From Heptranchias perlo (Eukaryota), in contig NC_090337.1 in NCBI RefSeq assembly GCF_035084215.1, positions 69,874,001 through 69,938,000 of the forward strand: a stretch of 64,000 nucleotides of DNA, given 5' to 3'. Position 1 is the first letter of the stretch. The number at the start of each line of letters is the position of its first letter. The position numbers and the translations under genes are program-made. The notes beneath the pieces were generated by a model. The model was not told where the DNA came from, made no database searches, and saw nothing but the letters and a program-made list of their open reading frames with translations. This document shows positions 50,931 through 63,441 of this stretch, piece by piece.

Positions 50931-53231
50931 TCCCTTAGCAAAGGCTACTATTGTGTGGGAATGTCTGTTAGTCGCCCTATTGTAATACAACCCTTTAATT
51001 GTCCCCATCCCTTTAAATGTCGCACACTAAATTTCTCACTCCCGCCAATCATGTGCTCCCCACACCCGTCCAATTGCAATAATTATGCAAATACATTGAG
51101 GCAATTGTTCGAGCCCCGTCAGCATATTACCAACTCTGGGAGGATTGGTACCCATCCCGAACCATTCCCACCAGTCGGCAAAGTTAGGCCTCATAACGAC
51201 CTGTTGCTTTACGCCAGTGAATTGACTTCCACTTGTAGGTTTAACCGGTGCCTGGGATAAGCAAATGCGATGCCTGCCTGCCTCCTGCTTCCCCCCCCTC
51301 CACCTCCTGCCACTTCAACTCATTGTTAGTCAGTTCTCAATTTAATGGATAAATGAAAGCAGGCAGGCATTTATATTGTGAGGAAACTAAATGTTTGATA
51401 AATTCCCAGTGATGCCCAGACATCGGGAGCATCCTACAGATGCTCTCAAATCATAACTCAGCAACTCCGCGTTTAATTGAATCCCAACTGAACTCATGGA
51501 TAATTAAGATTGCTTCCTCTGTATTTTAATCCTGGGATTCTGCAATAAAATTATACTGATTTTGAAAATTAATTAATAACTAGCTCTGACAGGTCCCTCA
51601 TTGAACAGACAATTTGAGTCCAGCCTATGTATAAAATCAAAATCTCTCCCACTGTACAATTTTTTTCAAATTAATTCCCTATAAAATGCTGACCTTATTA
51701 ATTCATATTTGTACTGAGGTCACAGATGAACTGTTCGCTTCCACTGTCTGACTCTCACTAAGTGAATTAATCAAAGTTCAGATGTACTTAATTGTTTTAT
51801 TCATGTAACCTTTACAATTACTGGTAGAACTGAAGAATTTGAGAGGTGGGGTGGTGGGAAGGTTTGTTACAGGTTAAGTGGTGTTCCTTATTTTAGTCAA
51901 AATATCAACTATTGCAGTTTGATAAAGTAGAAGCTGTTGACTGTAATCATTGGCGAGTGGAACATAGGAATTGCTAGATGAACAAAGACCACGGTCCATC
52001 TAGTCCGCCTTCTACCATCCTGGTAGTCACATGATTGAATGATAATGGAGCTGTTGACTAATCTTAGCATTCAATCTCTTATCAATTAGTCTACAACAGA
52101 CCCAGACATGAGGAAAACCCTCAGTGGTGGAGAGCTTTGGGAACCCTCGTTCTCCCAAGCAAGCTGCAGTCGCCATACATCATATCTCAAATTACTCATA
52201 TACTGTATCCCAAAATGTGAAAGGAATAACTCATCAACATTCAGTTTAAAAGATAGGATTGGGCTTAGAAGGACCATAAGCAATTTGATCTTCCAAAATA
52301 TCTGCCATGTTCCCACTGCAGCTGTTTTCTAAATGAGTCGAGGGTACAGGCCTCAGCTACTGTCTGCTGACATGAGGACCACCTCTTCTTGACACAAGTT
52401 GGCAAAATCACCAGTTGTCAGAGTCACTTGGTTAATGTGATCCATAGTTGATAGAATCGTTCTGTTAGGTTTCCGTATGGTTCAATAACATGACTGCCCA
52501 AAAGGTGCTGGAACTGCCAAATGCATCCACACAAGCAGGGAGTGAGAAACTGAACCTTGTGTTCCTCCACCCAGCCCCTGACAATTCGACCTCCCATCCT
52601 ACTCTCCAATGACTATTTGCTGGTGTACTTCAGTTCAGCTCATTTTGAGAGGGAGCCTAATTATCTATGTTAATGAGGGCCTCCAGCTTGTGGAAGTTCA
52701 TGATGTTTGGTCTGTAATTCCACCCAGAATAATAAGGTGTTAAAGGGAAGCTGATTAAAGTCCCGATCTAAAGGAACAGACGGAAAAAGGTTGCGATATA
52801 TTTTTATTCCGGGTTTTATTTATTTTAGTTAATGTTAGGTATACCCATTTTTTCCTAACTAATGTTTAGTGTATTTGTTTTCTGTTCCAGATAATATTTA
52901 ATATATTTTTCCTGTGTTTTCCAGATCAGACCATAGAAGGGAATATTTATATAATGGAAATGCGTTGAAAGCATCCTAATCACAATTTTTTATGTTTTAA
53001 TTGGTACAAGATGAAGGAAGGTACGATAAGGAGATCAGCAGGGACGAGAGCCAACACTTGCACAGACGCCATGTATTTCATATATACATATATTGTCAGT
53101 CACTGGATTTTGGCAACATTTAAGAAAGCTTTTTAATTTTTACTCATTTAAGACAGCATTTAGAAAGATTCTCTGCATCACTATAGCCGTTACAAAAGCT
53201 GTTCTAATTTCTGTCCCCACATATGTAACCC

Positions 53232-53362
53232 CGGTTTAACGTCTCATCCGAAAGACGGGACCTCCGACAGTGCAGCACTCCCTCAGTACTGCACTGGGAG
53301 TGTCAGCTTAAATTATAGGCTCAAGTCTCTGGAGGGTTACCCACTGAGCTGCGGCTGACACC
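53232..53362 (-). mobile_element. Deu-domain SINE 5' fragment with internal deletion
   Basis: GGTTTAACGTCTCATCCGAAAGACGG...CACTCCCTCAGTACTGCACTGG...CCACTGAGC. Confidence 0.75.
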
Positions 53363-53410
53363 TGGTTGAGGTAACAGTGAGCCATTGAACTGTACCCAGC
53401 GTGAACCAGC

Positions 53411-53593
53411 GGGAGTAGCCTTCAGCTTCTCCGCCTGAGGGGTAACCAGGAGCGAATCGTCCGCCCGTTGTACCACCCGCCTGAGTTACATCCTGTCTAA
53501 ATCAATGGAATGAGAATCGGGCGGGTTCTGCCACGGCTGGGAGACCCACTGCACCAGCGTACCCCTCAGGCGATGAAGCTGAAAAGTACCCCC
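53411..53593. mobile_element. Small palindromic MITE-like element
   Basis: 24-bp inverted arms at 53421-53444 and 53560-53583 (22/24 match), with weaker extension outward. Confidence 0.5.
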
Positions 53594-53601
53594 AGCACTT
53601 T

Positions 53602-53798
53602 CATAGAATCAAAGCTTCTTACAGAGCAGAAGGAGGTCAGCCAGCCCATCGTGCCTGTGCCAGTTCTTTGTAAGAGCTATCCAATTAGCCCTGCAAATTT
53701 TTACTTTTAAGTACACATCTAATTCTCTTTTGAAAGTTACTGTTGAATCTGTTTCCTCCACCCTTTCAGGCAGTGCATTCCAGATCATAACAACTCCT
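53602..53798 (-). mobile_element. Old CR1 3' fragment
   Basis: Translates to VVMIWNALPERVEETDSTVTFKRELDVYL. Confidence 0.75.
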
Positions 53799-53816
53799 TT
53801 CAGGAGAGGGGAAACA

Positions 53817-55056
53817 TACAAACATGTGAATTACCAGCAGGAGAAGGCCATTCGGCCCCTCGAGCCAGGTCTGCCATTTGATAAGATCATGGTTGATCTG
53901 ATTGTGACCTCAACCCTACTTTCCCGTCTACCTACTATAACCTTTGACTCCCTTGTTAATCAGGAATCTATCTAACTCAGCCTTAAATATATTCAATGAC
54001 CCTGCCTCCACCGCACTCTGGGGAAGGGAGTTCCACAGACTCACGACCAGAGATCATCATCTCCGTCTTAAATGGGAGACCCCTTATTTTTAAACTGTGG
54101 CCCCTAGTTTTAGATTCTCCCACAAGGGGAAACATCCTCTCAGCATCTACCCCTTCTAGTCCCCTCAGGATCTTATATGTTTCAATACAATCACCTCTCA
54201 TTCTTCTAAACTCCAATGTATACAGGCCCAACTTATCCAACCTTTCCTCATCAGATAATCCCCTCATCCCAGGAATCAGTCGAGTGAATCTTCTCTGAAC
54301 CACCTCTAAAGCAATTATGTCCTTTCTTAAATAAGGAGACTAAAACTGCACACAGTATTCTAGATGTGGTCTCACCAATGCCCTGTACAACTGTAGCAAA
54401 ACATCTCTACTTTTATATTCCATTCCCCTTGCAATAAATGACAACATTCCATTTGGCTTCCTTATCACTTACTGTACCTTCATATTAACTTTTTGTGATT
54501 CATGTACTAGGACACTCAGATCCCTCTGTACCTCAGAGTTCTGTAATCTCTCTCCATTTAAATAATATACTGCTTTGCTATTCCTCCTGCCAAAGTGGAC
54601 AAGTTCACATTTTCCCACATTATACTCCATCTGCCAAATTTTTGCCCACTCACTTATCCTATCTATATCCCTTTACAGACTCCTTATGTCCTCTTCACAA
54701 CTTACTTTCCTACCTACCTTTGTGTCATCAGCAAATTTACCAACCATACATTCGGTCCCTTCATCCAAGTCATTGATATAGATTGTAAATAGTTGAGGCC
54801 CAAGCACTGATCCCTGTGGCACTCCACTCGTTACATCTTGCCAACCTGAAAATGACCTATTTATGCCTACTCTCTGTTTCCTGTTAGCTAACCAATCCTT
54901 TATCCATGCTAATATGTTACCCCCTACACCATGAGCTCTTATTTTGTGTAGTAGCCTTTGATGTGGCACCTTGTCAAAAGCCTTCTGGAAATCCAAGTAC
55001 ACCACATCCACAGGATCCCCTTTATCCACGTTGCTTGTTACTTCCTCAAAGAACTC
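53817..55056 (-). mobile_element. CR1 LINE 3' half
   Basis: [33 protein letters not shown] and VQRRFTRLIPG motifs. Similar to the elements at 8490 and 20305. Confidence 0.93.
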
Positions 55057-55064
55057 CTTTCCTT

Positions 55065-55232
55065 CTGATCATTATCTCATTGCTGTTTGTCGGATCTTGC
55101 TGTGCTCATATTGGATGCCTCGTTTCCTACATTGCAACAGTGACTATATTTCAAAAGTACTTAATTGGCTGTAAAGCGCTTTGGGATGTCCTGAGGTCAT
55201 GAAAAGAGCTATATAAATGCAAGTCTTTCTTT
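55065..55232 (+). mobile_element. Deu-SINE 3' fragment
   Basis: CATTGCTGTTTG...GGATCTTGCTGTGC...TATATAAATGCAAGTCTTTCTTTC. Confidence 0.75.
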
Positions 55233-55304
55233 CAAAAGCGTCCTAAAAATCGATGTCTTTGACCATACTTTTGGATCTGCATCTCAATCCTTAATCCTAT
55301 CTCT

Positions 55305-55520
55305 TGCCCCGACTACCCCTCACCCCCTTCTAACGTGCCCCATCTCCTGCCCCCATCTCCTGCCCCATCTCCTGCCCTGACTGCCCCTTGCTCCCTTGTA
55401 AGGTTCCCCATCTCCTGCCCTGACTACCCCTCGCCCCCTTGTAAGGTTCCCCATCTCCTGCCCCCATCTCCTGCCCTGACTACCCCTCGCCCCCTTGTAA
55501 CTTGCCCCATCTCCTTCCCG
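55305..55520. repeat. C-rich compound tandem repeat (CCCCATCTCCTGC units within a ~45-bp unit)
   Basis: Repeated CCCCATCTCCTGCCC and GACTACCCCTCGCCCCCTTGTAA. Confidence 0.8.
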
Positions 55521-55867
55521 CTCTACTCTTCGCCCCAATGTAATGTGCTCTGAAATGTTCTCCCACATCTTGGACACTACAAAAATGTAAATTGTTGTTT
55601 GGGAAGAAACGACAGCTGAGATGATAATTAGTTCTGTGGAGTTAGCTCTGAACTGACGCTTTACGTTAGTCAAGAAAGCTGCATTGAGGCCATTTGGAAA
55701 GGAAGCAACTGAAGTGTAAGGGAAACAGAACAAACGACTCAGTAACCTGGACTCAAAGCTATCTGCATAGGTTAATATAGAGACCAGTCAAACTACATCA
55801 GGGCTTTTCAACATATCAAACTCAGTAAACTCTTTTCAAATTCACTTCTAATTTGTTTAGGCATTAG

Positions 55868-56540
55868 CCTTTGCTCAGTGAGTAGCACTCTGAGTCAGAA
55901 GGTTGTGGGTTCAAGCCCCACTCCAGAGACTTGAACACAAAATCTAGACTGACACTCCAGTGCAGTACTGAGGGAGTGCTGCACTGTCAGAGGTAACATC
56001 TTTCTGATCGGCCATTACACCGAGTCCTTGTTTCAGGTGGATGTAAAAGATCCCACGGCACTGTTCAAAGAAGAGGTGGGGGGAGTTGTACCTCTTTCTG
56101 GGATGGTACTAGGGGTGAGGGGTTTCAGTTATCTGGAGAGACTAGAGAAGCTGGAATTGTTCTCTTTAGAACAGAGAAGGTTAAGTGGAGATTTAATAGA
56201 GATCACAATTATGAGGGGTTTTGATAGAATAGATGAGAACAAACTGTTTCCAGTGACAAGGTCAGTATGCAGGGCTATGGAGAAAGAGCAGGGGAATGGG
56301 TCTAATTGGTAGCTCTTTCAGAGAGCTGGCACAGGCACGATGGGCTGAATTGCCTCTTTCTGCGCTGTAAGATTCTATGATTCCATGAATCAACCAATAC
56401 CATCAAAAACAGATTATCTGGTCATTTATCTCATGGCTGTTTGTGGGACCTTGCTGTGCATAAATTGGCTGCTGAATTTTGTCTACTTTACAACAGTGAC
56501 TACTTGAAAAATATTTCATTCTTTATGAGGTGTTTAGAGA
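55868..56540 (+). mobile_element. Deu-domain SINE interrupted by a CR1 3' fragment (~56095-56386)
   Basis: SINE head and body to ~56087; CR1 (FSYLERLEKLELFSLEQRRLSGDLIE, GATTCTATGATTC tail); SINE resumes at TCAACCAA...AACAGATTATCTGG. Confidence 0.8.
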
Positions 56541-56619
56541 TGTTTCACTCAGGCGGTGCAGTTTGTACGGTACCCATTGCCCACTAGTGCTCTCTGCACG
56601 GGTCTCACTCCTGGCACAG

Positions 56620-57592
56620 GAACATAGGAACAGGAGGAGGCCATTTAACCCCTCGAGCCTGTTCCACCATTCAATGAGATCATGGCTGATCTGTGACCTA
56701 ACTCCATATACCCACCTTAGCCCCATATCCCTTAATACCTTTGATTAACAAAAATCTATCAATCTCAGATTTAAAATTAACAATTGAGCTAGCATCAACT
56801 GCCATTTGTGGAAGACAGTTCCAAACTTCTACCAACCTGTGCGTGTCGAAGTGTTTCCTAACTTCACTCCTGCAAGTCCCGGCTCTAATTTTTAGGCTGT
56901 GTCCCCTAATCCTAAACTCCCAACCAGTGTAAATAGTTTCTCTCTATCTACCCTATCAGCTCCCCTTAAAATCTTGAAAACTTTGATCAAATCACCCCTT
57001 AATCATCTCAATTCCAGGGAATGCAACCCTAGTTTGTGTAATCTCTCCTCATAATTTAACCCTTGGAGTCCAGGTATCATTCTAATAAATCTACGCTGCA
57101 CTCCCTCCAAGGCCAATATATCCTTCCTAAGGTGCGATGCCCAGAACTGAACAAAATACTCCAGGTGTGGTCTAACCAGGGCTTTGTAAAGCTGTCGCAT
57201 AACTTCTACCCCCTTGTATTCTAGTCCTCTAGATATAAAGGCCAACATTCCATTAGCCTTTTTGATTATTTTCTGTACCTGTCCTTGATATTTTAATGAT
57301 CTATGTACATGGACCCCTAAGTCTCTTTGGACCTCCACTGTGTCGAGCTTTTCGCCAGTTAGAAAGTACTCTGTTCTATCCTTTTTAGGTCCAAAGTGGA
57401 TGACCCCACACTTGCCTACATTGAAATCCATTTGCCACAGTTTTGCCCATTCACTTAATCTATTAATATCTCTGTAATTTTATGCTTCCATCTACACTGC
57501 TTACAATGCTGCCTATCTTTATGTCATCGGCAAACTTGGATACGTGGCTCTCTATCCAGTTATCTAAGTCATTAATAAATACAGTGAATAGT
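56620..57592 (-). mobile_element. CR1 LINE 3' half
   Basis: FTVFINDLD, FADDIK, QRDLGVHV, LVRPHLEY and LEGVQRRF motifs, plus the tail. Confidence 0.9.
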
Positions 57593-58434
57593 TTGCTGCA
57601 GTTTGTACAGTGCCCATTATCTACCAGTGTACTCTGTACAGTGCTCACTCTCAGTCGCTGGATTTAGTACGATGCCCATTATCCACTATGACTTAGCACA
57701 GTTGGTAGATATCATATAAGACCACCAAAACTGCAACAGAAGTTGAAGGCTGTGCTTGAAGCACTGTGATCCATAAAACAATCATCAACAATGACTCTGT
57801 TAATAATCTACATCTCGACTTTTCAACTGAACATTGCAAGGGCCTATTTTACTTAGAACAGGTGCTTACAGACAAGTGACAATGGTAAGATTATTGGTGG
57901 ATCATAACCCTTCATTAAACGACACATGAATCACCACAAAAGTACTGTGGGAATTTCATGTGCATTCACTTTGTATCTACAGATAACCACAATACTCAGG
58001 AGTAGGGTTTAAAACAGATTCATCTGACTTGTTTGTAGCACTGATGTGAGCGGGCTTTAAAAGCTGGATAAGCATAGAAACCATTAGCTTCAGCCCCCCT
58101 CGATCAATTAGAATGGATGTGTCATTAACCAGTTTAGCTATATGCCAATTCAGTTTCTAACTAGCAGCTTTTCCCCTTTCAGCTGCCAAACTGGGTCAAT
58201 GTAAAGCCTCATCTTACAAATTCAAGCTGCTTCCCCTGGCGAGCCAGCCTTTTCAAACAATGCTGGCTTTTGTCCCGTTACTTGGACTTGCCTTGTGTCT
58301 GCTTGTTTGGAGTCGATGCTGTTGTACTGACTCTGTCTCACCTGGCCATCGTTACTATGGAAACATGCAGCCACGACTCATGTGAAACAAAAACCTTGCA
58401 TCTTCAACGCTTTGCTAATTCCCAATTTACAATA

Positions 58435-59088
58435 CCAACAACAACTTGCATTTATATGGTGCCTTTAACCGAGTAAAACATCCCAAGACAATTCACAGGA
58501 ACGTTATCAAACAAAATTTGACAACAAGCCACACAAGGAGGTATTAAGACAGGTGACCAAAAGCTTGTTCAAAGAGGAGATTTTAAGGAACATCTTAAAA
58601 GGAGGAGAGAGAGGTAGAGATGCGGAGAGGATTAGGGAGGGAATTCCAGAGACTACGGCCTAGGTAGTTGAAGGCATTGGGGATGCGCAAGAGGCCAGAA
58701 TCGGAGGAACGCAGAGATCTCAGAGGATTGTAGGGCTGGAGGAGGTTACTGAGTTAGGGAGGGGCGAGGCCATAGAGAGAATTGAAAACAAGGATGAGAA
58801 TTTTAAAGTTGAGACTTCCCAGACCGGGAGCCAGTGTAGGTCAGCGAGCGCAGGGGTGATGGGAGAACGGGACTTGTTGCGAGTTAGGATACGGGCAGCA
58901 GAGCTTTGGATGTGCTCAAGTTTATGGCGGGTGGAAGATGGGAGGCCGGCCAGGAGAGCATTGGAATAGTTGAGTCTAGAGGTAACAAAGGCACGGACGA
59001 GGGTTTCAGCAGCAGATGGGCTGAGGCAGGGGCGGAGATGGGCGATGTTACAGAGGTGGAAACAGGCGGTCTTGGTGATGGAAGCGGA
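58435..59088 (-). mobile_element. L2-type LINE 3' fragment
   Basis: ITKTACFHLCNIAHLRPCLS...FVTSRLNYSNALLAGLP...LHWLPV; (CAA)n on + is the tail. Confidence 0.9.
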
Positions 59089-59289
59089 AATTAAAAACGG
59101 AAGATGCTGAAAACACACAGCAGGTGCGACAGAACCTGTGGCAAGGACAGGAATACAAATGTTTTGGCAGAACTGGAAAAAAAACAGGAAAATTGAGCTG
59201 AACAAAGGGGAGAAGGAAAGAAACACACACACACACATGAAAGACGACGTATCGGTGAAATGAGCTGTGAAATGATTCAAAGAAAAACA

Positions 59290-59405
59290 GGAAACATAAG
59301 AAATAGGAGCAGGAGTAGGCCATATGGCCCCTCGAGCCTGGCTGATCTTCGACCTCAACTCCACTTTCCTGCCCGATCCCCATATCCCTTGATTCCCTTA
59401 GAGTC
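59290..59405 (-). mobile_element. CR1 3' tail with an internal deletion
   Basis: AACATAAGAAATAGGAGCAGGAGTAGGCCATATGGCCCCTCGAG matches 8501-8545. Confidence 0.8.
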
Positions 59406-60751
59406 CTTAGGAGATGGTTAGATGGCGAAAGTGATGATTGGAAGGTGCATAATAAAAGTAAAGAAAGAACATCAGAGAGACAAAGAGTGAATAGCTGGGG
59501 TTGGGTGGGTAATTCAGGTCTGAAACTAAAAGGGGAGACGCCCCTCCCCATCCCTGTAACCTCCTCCAGCCCTACAACCCTCTGAGATGTCTGCGCTCCT
59601 CCAACAGGGTGTTCCCAATACATGTCTTAGGTCACATGATGTGCCATGTTGGAGTACAAATGTGTTGGAGTACAGCTTGTGGATTGAGCCAAAGTGAACC
59701 TCTCTGCTGGAATATCCAAGCATAAAACGTAATCTCTCATTTTTATTCATTACTTTGAAAATTGTGGATTTTTTGTTTTGACTATTTCTGTTGGCTCTGG
59801 CATTTGGATTGGTAAAAGTTTCTATCCGGGCAGGAGAGTGGATATATAGTAATTTTCTGTTCAAAAAATGTTTACAGCACATAAAATGTTGGTATATGGA
59901 GAGCGCCAGTAATCAGATCTCATATCTTATTTAACAATAGACTTCAAGGAAGTAATTTGCAATCTAGGTAGCTATGGATTCAAAGTCTAAGGCTTCCAAG
60001 TTATATTGAAGAACTGGTGATTTGTAAGAGTATGAACACTGTGTCTGTGTACCTTCTGTGTTTTTTAAACTTGGCATCCAGTTAATATGGTGCAGTCACA
60101 TTATCAGTTTCTCCATCTTATTTGAGATTCACTGAATTCTTTTGCAGCTTAGTGTCTGTTAACAATTCCAGCAAAATGCAACTCTTATTTTGTCATTCTA
60201 AAGGTTACAAAAGTGACTAAACTTCTAAAGCTTTGTGGCAAACTTCAGCAATCTATTTTATATTCCTTTATAACGTGGTGTAATATGAGAACTTAGAATT
60301 CAAGGGTTAAAGTTGTATGCAAAAATAAGGGATACGTTTAGTAGAAGATTGTATCTATTTGAATCTATTATTGTAACAAATATCATAAGTAAGTATGACA
60401 TGACGGCTGTTAACCAAATAACATGCAAAAAGCCTGGAAGTTTTAAACAGCGGACTCACTGCCCTGTTAGAGTCCAGCTCCTCTATTGTTCCCATTGCTG
60501 ACAACATATGAAGGGATGAATGCTAGAATAATAAGTTACCAATTGGTTCTACTCTGTTAACAAAACTACTCGCAATCATTAGGTAAGAGTTAGCTCTTAG
60601 AATTCATAATCAGTGTATGAGTTGAGCAGCACTAACTAACTGAAACTGTCGGTAACCTTTTAACGCAGCTCCGGCAGGTCAGCTGGATGGGCAGATACTC
60701 TTTAAACTTCAGCTAGATATAGGGTTCTACAACCAACTGCTGACCCAGGTA

Positions 60752-61110
60752 ACAACAATAATAGCAACAACTTTCATTTATATAGCACCTTTAACATTGT
60801 AGAATGTTCCAAGGTGTTTCACAAAAGTGTTATCAAACAACATTTTACACTGAGCCATATAAGGAGACATTAGGACAGGTAACTGAAAGCTTAGTCAAAG
60901 AAGTAGGTTTTAAGAAGCATCTTAAAGGAGGAGAGAGAGGTAGAGAGGCGGAGAGGTTTAGGGAGGGAACTTTAGAGCTTAAGGCCTGGTCACCTGTCCT
61001 AATATCTCCTTATGTGGCTCGGTGTCAATTTTTGTCTGATAATCGCTCCTGTGAAGCAGCTTTGGACGTTTTATTATGTTAAAGGTGCTATATAAATGCA
61101 AGTTGTTGTT
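60752..61110. mobile_element. Two L2 3' ends fused in opposite orientation (60752-60987 minus; 60988-61110 plus)
   Basis: L2 tails point outward on both sides, with the junction at ...CTTAAGGCC|TGGTCACCTGTCC. Confidence 0.8.
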
Positions 61111-61619
61111 ATGACAGTATTTTGCGATTATTCAGTCTTTCTTTATTGGATTCCAGGAGCTAGCTCCTGGTGTAAGACCAGGTCTACGAGTCTGCTGCTG
61201 GTCTATGAAAACCAGATTTAGCAGCGGAGAAGTCGGGAGCCGACTCCTGGAATGCCGAACACCCAGAATCCGACTTAAAAGCTCAATGTGAAAAGGCACT
61301 GGAGCATAAGAAAGCTTGGAAGAGGAGAAGGGCAACAGGCTCATTCCTTCTAAAGGCCATGTACCACCTGGCCTGTCATCAAATTGACTCCATAACTATT
61401 TAATCTCCTGAGGGAAAATGATGGGTAAGTACTCCCGGAGTCCCAAAGGTAATCAAGGCGAGCTGCAGAGTGTCTATTCATCGCCATGTCTTTGGCATGT
61501 TGCTTTCTGCACCTGGCATTTCCCTGCAGGACAGAAACTATCACATTCTAAAGGGCATTTCATCACCCTTCTCTATAATTATCTTGATATCCTGAAATCT
61601 CATTAACCAGACATTTAGC

Positions 61620-61985
61620 CATTTAAGATGATTAAAGGAGTTGGTAGGGTGGGTGGAGAGAAACAATTTCCTCTGATGGGTGAGTCCAGAACAAGGGGGC
61701 ATAACCTTAAAATTAGAGCTAGGCCATTCACGGGTGATGTCAGGAAGAACTTCGTCACACAAAGGGGAGTGGAAATCTGGAACTCTCTCCCCCAAAAAGC
61801 TGTGGATGCTGGGGGTCAATTGTAAATTTTGATTACTGAGATTGATAGATTTTTGTTAGGTGAGGGTATTAAGGACTATGGAACCAAGGTGGGTAGGTGG
61901 AGTTAAGATACAGATCAGCCATGATCTAACTGAATATCGGAGCAGGCTTGAGGGACTGAATGGACTTCTCCTGTTCCTACGTTCC
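61620..61985 (+). mobile_element. CR1 3' fragment
   Basis: FPLMGESRTRGHNLKIRARPF...IWNSLPQKAVDA followed by the tail. Confidence 0.85.
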
Positions 61986-62578
61986 CCCTCTCGTGTTCCT
62001 TCCACTCCCCCAGGACTTACCTTAGGATGAGGCAGCCTGCCCAAACTGGAGGACATCAAATGCCAAGATATCTCTGGATGGGCAATGGCAGCTCGCCTGA
62101 ATGATTAAGCTGAGGCCCGAGCACCAATTTTGGGTGGTCGTCAGGCCGGCCTCTCCTGGCACATGCAGCGTGTGCACGTCGCCCGGTTCACGCCTGAGAA
62201 TGGGCACAGACTAATTTATTCCTCTTTGAGCCTACACTGGGGCTCTTTTCTAGCTGTAAATGCCCTACGATACTTTAAGACCTGAGCAGTGAAGGTGAAG
62301 AGTTACCTGCAGCAGGTGCCACTAATTAAACTCAGCTCAGGGCCAACAGGGACTTGGACCGAAAACAGAGGTAACTGCAGCCAATGTGGGTTCCACCTGC
62401 CTTGTCTATTGTCACTGCTGCCTGCCCAGCTGTGGCCCTCCTTCAATCCTGGTACATGTCGGTTAATCGACAAGCCCAGAGAAACAGTTGGTGATGATGG
62501 ATTATAAGCGAGCAGTTCAGGCAAGTCACACGCGGCTCACGGAGACTGGGGACCAGAGGAAGAGGATAACTCCTCCAG

Positions 62579-63441
62579 CACACACGTACACATTCTCACT
62601 CACACACACGTACACATTCTCACTCACACACACGTACACATTCTCACTCACACACACGTACACATTCTCACTCACACACACGTACACATTCTCACTCACA
62701 CACACGTACACATTCTCACTCACACACACTAACACACACACACTAACACACACACACTAACACACACACACACTAACACACACAAACTAACACACACACT
62801 AACACACACACTAACACACACACACTAACACACACAAACTAACACACACACTAACACACACACACTAACACACACACACTAACACACACATACTCACACA
62901 CACTAACACAACACACTAACACACACACTAACACACACACTAACACACACAAACTAACACACACATACTCACACACACTAACACAACACACTAACACACA
63001 CACACTAACACACACACACTAACACACACACTAACACACACACACTAACACACACAAACTAACACACACNNNNNNNNNNNNNNNNNNNNNNNNNNNNNNN
63101 NNNNNNNNNNNNNNNNNNNNNNNNNNNNNNNNNNNNNNNNNNNNNNNNNNNNNNNNNNNNNNNNNNNNNNNNNNNNNNNNNNNNNNNNNNNNNNNNNNNN
63201 NNNNNNNNNNNNNNNNNNNNNNNNNNNNNNNNNCACTAACACAACACACTAACACACACACTAACACACACATACTCACACACACTAACACAACACACTA
63301 ACACACACACTAACACACACACACTAACACAACACACTAACACACACAAACTAACACACACACACTAGCACAAACACACATGAACACATTAATACATACT
63401 AACACACACACTAAGGCACACACACACACTCACACACACAC
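62579..63441. repeat. 24-bp CA-rich tandem (CACACACGTACACATTCTCACTCA x~6) grading into a (CA)nCTAA low-complexity repeat
   Basis: Read directly from the sequence. Contains an assembly gap. Confidence 0.92.
63070..63233. other. Assembly gap (164 N)
   Basis: Run of N within the CA-rich repeat. Confidence 0.99.

Noticed and set aside
59090-59150. Possible Penelope-like terminal fragment or hammerhead ribozyme
   Set aside because: Only a short degenerate resemblance. No CTGA.GA...GAAA core with closing stems was found.
62015-62070. Perfect minus-strand donor AAG|GTAAGT as the missing upstream exon
   Set aside because: The upstream translation (MSSSLGRLPHPK) has no Eph similarity. I could not find exon 2 or exon 4 in the window.
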